This document shows, piece after piece, positions 10,419-17,347 of a DNA stretch of 64,000 bases. The notes beneath the pieces are model-generated. The model did no database searches. It was not told the origin of the DNA and worked only from the letters and a program-made list of their open reading frames with translations. Made by a program: the position numbers and the translations under genes. Where the stretch lies: the NCBI GenBank assembly GCA_964426915.1, contig CAYRTD010000002.1, positions 5,059 to 69,058 on the forward strand, read 5' to 3'. This DNA is from an uncultured Bacteroidaceae bacterium. GTDB taxonomy: Bacteria > Bacteroidota > Bacteroidia > Bacteroidales > GCA-2748055. Position 1 is the stretch's first letter. Every line of letters starts with the position of its first letter.

Positions 10419-10509
10419 TTTTTCTTTCAGTTTTAAAATAATAATTGTTTAGTAAGCGATGAGGGTAACATTCTTTATTTGGAAGGAAATTCTGTGAAAT
10501 GATAGAAAA

Positions 10510-10878
10510 TCAGAAAGCTGGGGGTGACCGACCCGCCGGAGATTTTAGGAAAACATCTATTCTCCCGGGTAAACCTTCCAGAGCAATACTTTCTTTTTTA
10601 ATTGCCTGGATCAGAAGGAGGCTAAGGATTGATGCAGTAAAAAGAAGATTGACATTTTCTAGAATATACAACTCAAAACTCGTATGATGATGTTTTTTAA
10701 ATGGAGAACTGTCGTTACTTTTATTGAATGGATGGGCATGAGTTACCACAGAACCATCAGAAAGTATATGAGAATGCTGGTAATGCACTTTCAAAAAGAC
10801 CTGAAAGGCAAAAACTACCATTAAAAGTAGAGAAAGGTACCGGAAGACTCTTTTATATATTTGAAATTTTAGAAACAC
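10510..10878 (-). CDS. His-rich single-pass membrane protein (HY..PP type), first gene of the TonB-receptor operon
   Basis: 122 aa with a GTG start. An N-terminal TM helix is followed by VHYQHSH...THAHP...KKHHH, and the tail is RSPPAF. The layout parallels the HYC_CC_PP-like protein at 16656. The gene ends 91 nt upstream of the receptor start. Confidence 0.6.
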   Translation of the reverse strand: MFLKFQIYKRVFRYLSLLLMVVFAFQVFLKVHYQHSHILSDGSVVTHAHPFNKSNDSSPFKKHHHTSFELYILENVNLLFTASILSLLLIQAIKKESIALEGLPGRIDVFLKSPAGRSPPAF

Positions 10879-10991
10879 AGGTCTATTCTAAATAAGCTCG
10901 TGATAAAAATAATATATTTCTTCTGTTATCGAATGTAAAAATACGCTTGTTTTCTAAATAAGGAATACCTATTTGTTGGGATTTAATGAAA

Positions 10992-11051
10992 CCCACTTTT
11001 CAGAAGCCGATAGGCGAACTGAAAAGTGCTGGTTGAATTAAATCCTGAGCA
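10992..11051. repeat. hairpin-containing repeat, copy 1
   Basis: cccacttttcagaagccgataggcgaactgaaaagtgctggttgaattaaatcctgagca. It has a 10-bp perfect stem, CACTTTTCAG (10994-11003) paired with CTGAAAAGTG (11019-11028), and a 15-nt loop. Confidence 0.9.
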
Positions 11052-11077
11052 CAGCCGAAGGATCTCATAGGAATGTC

Positions 11078-11135
11078 CCCACTTTTCAGAAGCCGATAAA
11101 CGAACTGAAAAGTGCTGGTTGAAAAATCCTGAGCA
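11078..11135. repeat. hairpin-containing repeat, copy 2
   Basis: Same sequence as copy 1 except GG to AA in the loop and a 2-nt deletion after the stem. Both stem arms are identical. Confidence 0.9.
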
Positions 11136-11161
11136 AGGAAACTAATAAAATGATTCCTGTT

Positions 11162-11527
11162 TCATTCAATAGATTTTTTATACATCTTGTAGAAAAGCAA
11201 TGGAAAGAATCCAAAATTTAATACAAAAACAGAAAAGACAATCAAAACATTTGCGCCAGGCCAATGGAACATCTTAAATATCATCCCTAATGTTAGCAAT
11301 GCTACAGCAACGTAGCCAAGTATGTGTTTGATTTTGTCGGTAGATATTTTACCGATCTCCTGTTTATAAAGATTGACAAATAACAATGGCAGGAAGGCCA
11401 AAATAAATATTAATGTACTTATTCCCAGAATAATATTTGCTGCTGGCCAGTGAAATATTTTGAATAACACACTGGTTGTAAATCCAATTGATACAAGGAG
11501 ACCGAAAAGATACAGTGATTTTTTCAT
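11162..11527 (-). CDS. four-helix membrane protein with a duplicated FHWP(A/G)AN motif
   Basis: 121 aa. The two halves are similar (FKIFHWPAANIILG...LPLLFVNLYKQ and FKMFHWPGANVLIV...FPLLFYKMYKK). No family was recognised. Confidence 0.65.
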   Translation of the reverse strand: MKKSLYLFGLLVSIGFTTSVLFKIFHWPAANIILGISTLIFILAFLPLLFVNLYKQEIGKISTDKIKHILGYVAVALLTLGMIFKMFHWPGANVLIVFSVFVLNFGFFPLLFYKMYKKSIE

Positions 11528-11785
11528 GATTTTGATTTTTTTCTCATTTAATAAAAAAATCTTCTTATTACTATTCGAAAAACAAGATTTGATAATAGAA
11601 AGGGGTCAGCACTTAAGAAATATAAAATTTTCCTATACCTCTTAAAAATTCCAATATCCCTTTGAATACTTAAGGGTTTCGTGTCCTTGTGGCGATCCCT
11701 GACCTTTCACAGTGGGCTCATATTTTCAAGGTTTAACTTAAAATCTGGTTTTGTTTTTGCAGTACACAAATAAAAATACAAAATC

Positions 11786-13111
11786 ATGGCACTATTCCAT
11801 AAAGATCTCTTGTCAATTGAAGAAACAGAAATGATTAATACCATGCAGGAGCATTTTCATGATCCTGAAGAAGGTCTCGGGCCTTTGATGGAAAGAATTG
11901 GAGATTCAAGGATCGTTCTGTTGGGCGAAGCTTCACACGGCACCCATGAATATTACATCTGGCGTGCCCGAATAACAAAAAAACTGATTAAGGAAAAAGG
12001 ATTTAATATTATCGGGGTTGAAGGCGACTGGCCTGATTGTTACCGGATCAACCGCTACATCCGGGGTTATGAAAGTGAGGAAAAAACTTCCCTTGATGTG
12101 TTGAAGCAGTTCCACAGGTGGCCAACATGGATGTGGGCAAACTGGGAAATATCAGCTTTAATGGATTGGTTGAAATCCTATAATAAAGATTTAGCCCATA
12201 ATCAACAGATCGGCTTTTACGGCCTGGATGTTTATAGTTTGTGGGAATCACTGGAAGCAATAATTGATTATCTGGAGAAAAATGATCCGGAAGCACTGAA
12301 AATTGCAAAAAAAGCTATGCGATGTTTTCAGCCTTATGATCATGAGGGTCAGGATTATGCCATGTCAACGCGAATCACTCCTGAAAGCTGCGAAAATGAG
12401 GTTGTGAATCTTCTCAGGGATATCCGGAAACGGATGCCTCTGTATGACAGTGATCCTGAAGCTCCCTTTAGTACTGAGCAAAATGCCATGACTGCTGTAA
12501 ATGCCGAACGTTACTATCGTGCAATGATCAAAGGAGGACCTGAGTCGTGGAATATCCGCGATGAGCATATGACAGCTACCCTGGAGAAGCTTCTTGATTT
12601 CCACGGACCAGATTCCAAAGTCATTGTATGGGAACATAATACACATATTGGTGATGCACGCGCTACTGATATGAGCCGTTCAGGAATGGTCAATGTCGGA
12701 CAGCTTGTCCGGGAGAGATGGGGGGATTCTTCCACCGTTCTTGTAGGATTTGGTTCCTATAAAGGTTCTGTAATTGCCGGAAATTCCTGGGGTGCAAAAA
12801 TGGAAGAGATGGAGGTTCCTGAAGCTCGCAGAGACAGTTGGGAAGCATTACTTCATAGTACAAGCCCTGAAAATAAACTGATTATCACTGAAGATATAAA
12901 AGATTATCCTCTGATGTCCAGACGGCATAAGCACAGGGCTATTGGAGTGGTGTATGATCCTGATATGGAGAGTTACGGAAATTATGTACCAAGTCTTATA
13001 CCGGAAAGGTATGATGCTTTTATGTTTCTCGATGAAAGCAAAGCCCTTCATCCCATAGACACCAGGCAGGAAAGGAATCTTACACCTGAAACCTTTCCTT
13101 TTGGTATTTGA
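11786..13111 (+). CDS. erythromycin esterase family protein
   Basis: 441 aa. GEASHGTHEYY and WEHNTHIGDARAT are the conserved His-containing motifs of the Ere-like esterase family. Confidence 0.8.
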   Translation: MALFHKDLLSIEETEMINTMQEHFHDPEEGLGPLMERIGDSRIVLLGEASHGTHEYYIWRARITKKLIKEKGFNIIGVEGDWPDCYRINRYIRGYESEEKTSLDVLKQFHRWPTWMWANWEISALMDWLKSYNKDLAHNQQIGFYGLDVYSLWESLEAIIDYLEKNDPEALKIAKKAMRCFQPYDHEGQDYAMSTRITPESCENEVVNLLRDIRKRMPLYDSDPEAPFSTEQNAMTAVNAERYYRAMIKGGPESWNIRDEHMTATLEKLLDFHGPDSKVIVWEHNTHIGDARATDMSRSGMVNVGQLVRERWGDSSTVLVGFGSYKGSVIAGNSWGAKMEEMEVPEARRDSWEALLHSTSPENKLIITEDIKDYPLMSRRHKHRAIGVVYDPDMESYGNYVPSLIPERYDAFMFLDESKALHPIDTRQERNLTPETFPFGI

Positions 13112-13196
13112 GGTGAAAAGAAGAAAAACTCATATTTTGTTTAAGTGTCTGATGATAAAGGTTTAGGAGCGAGGTTTGCTATTCGTGTTGACGGTT

Positions 13197-14342
13197 TCAG
13201 GAAAAAGCCTGAGGATAATTCCGGGATAACAAGCTGGCGGATAGGGTTATCTCATTTATATCAAGGTGGCCTGTCCAGGTAGGAGATTTCTGATTGGCAG
13301 TTTGTGTCCAGAATTCCTCAATTTCGTGTACAACATTCAAATAATTATTTAATGTATCAAAATTCACTTCAAAATTACCGTAGCTCTTTTTCTCCATCCC
13401 GTGTAATACATGAAAACCCAGAGTAAGTCCGCATTCACGAAACGCCAGCCTGGAGGCTGCCGAATAAGAAGGGTCGTATAGATGTTCCGAATAAATCTGC
13501 AGTCCTTTAAGGCTTATTGTATAAAGGTTCTCCGGTTGTATTTCCGGTGGAAGTGTTTCTTCTTCAAAGCTTAATTGGAATGTGCGGACTGTATTTAACA
13601 TTAGCCCGCCAATTCCAAGTGGATCGTCTGTAAACCAATTCATATTACGGCAAAGGATTTCCATTTTCTTCTTTAATTCTTCCAGTCCGGCAATTTTACC
13701 GGGTGCGTTTTTTATAGCACTGATCGTACAGATCAGTCCTTCCATTGGATCATGCGCACCCATGCTTTCCACGACTGGCCGGGTGAGTTTTACGTCCATT
13801 TTCCAGACTATCTGTAAAGCACCGTTATAGTTAATAATAAAATTTTCTCCGGCTTTAATAAGTTCAGCAGCCCACAAGACATATTTTTGCTCATTGGTTT
13901 CTTTGTAAGCTTGCAGCAATGCATTGAACCAGCGTGTCAAATAATGAAAATACTGGCCATCGCGTTCCCATTCCAGTTGCTGATTGAATGCTTCACCCTC
14001 GGGGCGCTCAGGTAAGTTTTTACCGATCCGCAATCCTCCGGCAGTAGGGTGTTTCTTTCCTTCCTCTTCAGATAATCCACTGATCCATCCTTTTCGGTGA
14101 TCATCCTTCCGGTGACGTCCAAGGGTGAAATGCACCTGATCGATAAGTTTTAGTGCATATTCATAATATTCTTTTTTATCTAATAAATGATACAACGCGA
14201 AACAGGACTGTACGGCAAATGCATCAGTCCAGAGGTAGCGCCTGTCAGGATCTCCTGCAGGATCACTGATCCCTGTCCGGTTTAAAAAATCATCTGTTAG
14301 TTTACGACCGGTAAAAATATGCTCGTTTTTTGCTTTATCCAT
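13197..14342 (-). CDS. hypothetical protein (381 aa), helical-repeat-like
   Basis: Clean ORF with an ATG start and no signal peptide. RRYLWTDAFAVQSCFALYHLL and DGQYFHYLTRWFNALLQAY suggest an alpha-helical toroid-like fold. No family was recognised. Confidence 0.75.
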   Translation of the reverse strand: MDKAKNEHIFTGRKLTDDFLNRTGISDPAGDPDRRYLWTDAFAVQSCFALYHLLDKKEYYEYALKLIDQVHFTLGRHRKDDHRKGWISGLSEEEGKKHPTAGGLRIGKNLPERPEGEAFNQQLEWERDGQYFHYLTRWFNALLQAYKETNEQKYVLWAAELIKAGENFIINYNGALQIVWKMDVKLTRPVVESMGAHDPMEGLICTISAIKNAPGKIAGLEELKKKMEILCRNMNWFTDDPLGIGGLMLNTVRTFQLSFEEETLPPEIQPENLYTISLKGLQIYSEHLYDPSYSAASRLAFRECGLTLGFHVLHGMEKKSYGNFEVNFDTLNNYLNVVHEIEEFWTQTANQKSPTWTGHLDINEITLSASLLSRNYPQAFS

Positions 14343-14492
14343 AAGATGTTTTTTTTCGGTTTCTCATAAAATTCCTTTAGGTTATTCCGGAATTATTTTT
14401 TTCCAACAACCCGGAACCGGGTGAATTCAACTCACAGCCTGTCCGGATGCTTCGGGAAACACCCCTTTGGTTAAATACTCTCCAAATGCACA

Positions 14493-14510
14493 GGACATTA
14501 TGGACAGACA
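14493..14510. repeat. recurrent motif copy A (GGACATTATGGACAGACA)
   Basis: It shares ATGGACAGACA with 52877-52891 and 63948-63966. It lies 4 nt downstream of the pcm stop when read on the minus strand. Confidence 0.8.
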
Positions 14511-14514
14511 TCAT

Positions 14515-15141
14515 TTATTTCCGGTCATCACCGGTCATAGGAACAAAACGAACATGTATGAGATCATGCTCCTTAAAATCATTCTCACCTGTCTTTTCCA
14601 GGATCATCAATTTTTGATAGGTATCTGCTACCGGAGCAAGAATTTTTCCGCCAATTTTTAATTGTTCCTTCAAAGTATCCGGTATAGAAGGTGTAGCAGC
14701 AGTAAGAGCGATCTTGTCGAAGGGCCCTTTTTCAGGCCAGCCATCATATCCGCTACCATGGCGCACAGTTACATTGTTAATGCCTGCTTTACTGAGATTT
14801 TCCTTCGCAAGTTCGGCTAACCATTCTATGATTTCCAGGCTGTATACATGAGAAACCATATGTGACATTACGGCTGCATTATACCCACATCCGCTACCAA
14901 CCTCAAGCACTTTATCATTTTCGTCCAGGTCGAGCATCTGGGCCATATAGGCTACAATATAGGGTTGGCTGATGGTTTGTCCTTTTCCGATCGGTAATGG
15001 GGTATCGTCATAGGCATGTTCTTTCATATCTTCAGGAACAAACAAAGTCCTGTCTGTTTCCTGCATGGCTTTGAGTACATTTTCATCATGAATATCCCTT
15101 CCTTTGAGATGTCTTTCGATCATTATTTCCTTTCTGTCCAT
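14515..15141 (-). CDS. pcm: protein-L-isoaspartate O-methyltransferase
   Basis: 208 aa. GQTISQPYIVAYM and VLEVGSGCGYNAAV (SAM-binding motif I) are classic PIMT signatures. Confidence 0.9.
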   Translation of the reverse strand: MDRKEIMIERHLKGRDIHDENVLKAMQETDRTLFVPEDMKEHAYDDTPLPIGKGQTISQPYIVAYMAQMLDLDENDKVLEVGSGCGYNAAVMSHMVSHVYSLEIIEWLAELAKENLSKAGINNVTVRHGSGYDGWPEKGPFDKIALTAATPSIPDTLKEQLKIGGKILAPVADTYQKLMILEKTGENDFKEHDLIHVRFVPMTGDDRK

Positions 15142-15315
15142 TTTTTTTTAATTAGAGATGAAAAATTATTCCCTGAAAATTATTATGTATTTTTTATAAA
15201 ATCGTAATAAAAAGGATATAATATTCTGGTATTTTTTGTGTATTATTTCCTCACTTGTATTCATAATTCTACAGCTTTTGGAGAAAAAGTCCGGAGATTA
15301 TAAAAAACTTTTCTG

Positions 15316-16404
15316 TTATTCTTGTTCTTCCTGAAGAGCTGATTGTACCAGAATAAATTCCTGTATGTTTTCCTGATCTATCACGCCGATTAATTTCCCG
15401 TCTTCAAAAACCGGTAAAAAGTCTAATTTTTGTTTTTGCATATCCTGAAAAATATCACGTAACAGAGTTTCAGCTTCAATTTTTCTGAAATCCTTGTTCA
15501 TTACCTCACCTACCTTCACTTCTTCACCGTGTTTTGACAGTCCGTTAATAATATTATCCCTGACAAGTATTCCCACGTAATCTCCATCCTTTTTCACAAG
15601 AAATCCGGTTTGCCTGGTTTCCAGCAGCATATCGACAGCTTTTTTCAAAGAATCTCCGGGATCAAGTACTGAGTAATCCTTCATAATGATATCTTTTGCT
15701 TTGTAATTGTGAAGCAGTGAGCGAAATTTCACTTGCTTATATTCAAATTGTGCACCCAAAAAGACAAATACTCCTATGATAAACAGAAAAGGATTGATAA
15801 ACAGACCAATCAAGGCGAATAATGCGCCAAATACCTGTCCGGCCATCATTGAGTATTTCGTAGCCTTAACCCTGTCAAACCGGAAAGAGAGTGCTGCACG
15901 CAGGATTCTTCCCCCATCCATGGGAAAGGCGGGTATGAGGTTGAATGCTACAACAAAGAGATTGACGTACATTAGCAGGATAAGAAAATTTTCACCTGTA
16001 ATTTTTGTAAAATCCGTATCGAAGCTGTAGCCGGGCAATGCAGAAATTACAACCCAAAGAATAAGTGCTATTACCACGTTAACCATCAGCCCGGACAGGG
16101 TAACGATTATTTCCTGTTTGGGCTTTTCCGGCATCCCTTCGATGTTGGCCATTCCCCCTATTGGAAGGAGGGTAATGCTCTTTGTTTCAATGCCGTATCT
16201 TCGAGCTGCGAGTGAATGGCCGAATTCATGTAAAGTAACACAAACAAACAACACGAGAATAAAGAGGACAGAGAGCAGGATCTGCGATGTTTCAGCTCCC
16301 TGACCGACAGTAACTGCAACAACCCATAAGATCAGCAAGAGAAATGTCCAGTGAATAGCTACTTTAATACCAAAAGGTTTTCCTAAGCTTAATGAATATT
16401 TCAT
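15316..16404 (-). CDS. site-2 protease family (M50) metalloprotease with tandem CBS domains
   Basis: 362 aa. HEFGH zinc motif inside a TM helix, second motif NLIPAFPMDGGRIL, and a C-terminal CBS pair (IMKDYSVLDP... and VMNKDFRKIEA...). Confidence 0.85.
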   Translation of the reverse strand: MKYSLSLGKPFGIKVAIHWTFLLLILWVVAVTVGQGAETSQILLSVLFILVLFVCVTLHEFGHSLAARRYGIETKSITLLPIGGMANIEGMPEKPKQEIIVTLSGLMVNVVIALILWVVISALPGYSFDTDFTKITGENFLILLMYVNLFVVAFNLIPAFPMDGGRILRAALSFRFDRVKATKYSMMAGQVFGALFALIGLFINPFLFIIGVFVFLGAQFEYKQVKFRSLLHNYKAKDIIMKDYSVLDPGDSLKKAVDMLLETRQTGFLVKKDGDYVGILVRDNIINGLSKHGEEVKVGEVMNKDFRKIEAETLLRDIFQDMQKQKLDFLPVFEDGKLIGVIDQENIQEFILVQSALQEEQE

Positions 16405-16623
16405 TGTATCAAATTTTTATTTTAAATCAGAGAAATAAAAGGCAATAGTCATACCATTTAAAAAACATTTTTTAATCGCCAATCCTTTCTTTTTTTTGAA
16501 CCCTTAGGGTGTCAAGCAATTCTCGCACGCCTAACTACCATGAAAACAGATAATTAGAAAATCAACCTTTGCCAGACCCCTTCTTTTAACAAATTTTTAC
16601 AAAAACATCCGTTCATCTTGTTA

Positions 16624-16631
16624 TAAATTTG
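16624..16631 (+). promoter_or_regulatory. candidate -7 promoter box (TAAATTTG)
   Basis: Exact TAnnTTTG match 25 nt upstream of ATG 16656. Confidence 0.45.
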
Positions 16632-16655
16632 CACATTAGTTGATGAAGTAAAACA

Positions 16656-17114
16656 ATGCTTAAAAAAGTCAGTAACATACTTGTCGCTCTTATCCTGTTA
16701 ATTTCTTTTACAGGATTTACAGTTGATCTGCATTATTGTAAAGACAGCCTTTACGATATTGGAATATTTTCCGAGGCGATGAGTTGCTGTGGAGAAGATG
16801 CCGGTCAACCTCATGCCATGCATTGTGAAAAGGGTGATGCCGAATTGCCGGGCAAATGTGATTCCGAAAATCATGACCCAAAACATTGTGAGAACCGCTC
16901 TGTGAAGATTGAGAGACCGGATGACTTTCTTATCTCATCATCTGTTTTAAGTTTTAATCAGGAGCCTGTTTCTATTATTCAAAGCAACATTTTTAGCCCT
17001 TTAAATATTTCATTTAGCTCCGATGAGCGAATCCCGGTTAAATTTCTTTATCGGAAAATCTCTCCTCCTGAAACCGCTAAAGTACTTTCCTTATTGCAAT
17101 CCTACCTGATTTGA
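16656..17114 (+). CDS. HYC_CC_PP-like small membrane-anchored protein
   Basis: 152 aa. An N-terminal TM helix is followed by DLHYC, SCCGE, a Cys/His-rich stretch (HAMHCEKGD..PGKCDSENHDPKHCEN) and ISPPE near the C-terminus. The family name is recalled from NCBI annotation practice. The gene lies directly upstream of the RND efflux genes. Confidence 0.7.
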   Translation: MLKKVSNILVALILLISFTGFTVDLHYCKDSLYDIGIFSEAMSCCGEDAGQPHAMHCEKGDAELPGKCDSENHDPKHCENRSVKIERPDDFLISSSVLSFNQEPVSIIQSNIFSPLNISFSSDERIPVKFLYRKISPPETAKVLSLLQSYLI

Positions 17115-17347
17115 AAATCGCGTATGCGTTTTCCTGTTGTATAAAATTACTCCCTGCTACAGGAAAATGGAACAGGTTTCTGATGACCTGCGTTCTGAAA
17201 AATGATACATTTTTATAGACTGTTCATCATTGAAGAACATGTTCGGTTCATCATTTAATTTTCAAAAGTCTTATTTTCCAACACTTTCAGTATCTCTTTT
17301 GTTAGCTGAACACTTGCTGAAAGCAATTAATACTTAAGAAATCAGGT

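Noticed and set aside
10992-11135. The repeat pair as a mini CRISPR array
   Set aside because: There are only two copies. The units are about 58 nt, longer than CRISPR repeats. The spacer is 26 nt, no cas genes are present, and the repeat is dominated by one long hairpin.
14497-14515. Motif as a sigma-54 promoter (TGGAC-N..)
   Set aside because: The TGGCAC-N5-TTGC consensus is not met in any copy. There is no GC element at the -12 position.
14501-14661. The recurrent motif read as a start of small ORFs (ATG GAC AGA CAY = MDRH...) at all three copies
   Set aside because: The three downstream peptides share nothing beyond the first four residues: one of 53 aa antisense to pcm, one of 13 aa, and one running off the window. 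The conservation is therefore at nucleotide level, not coding.
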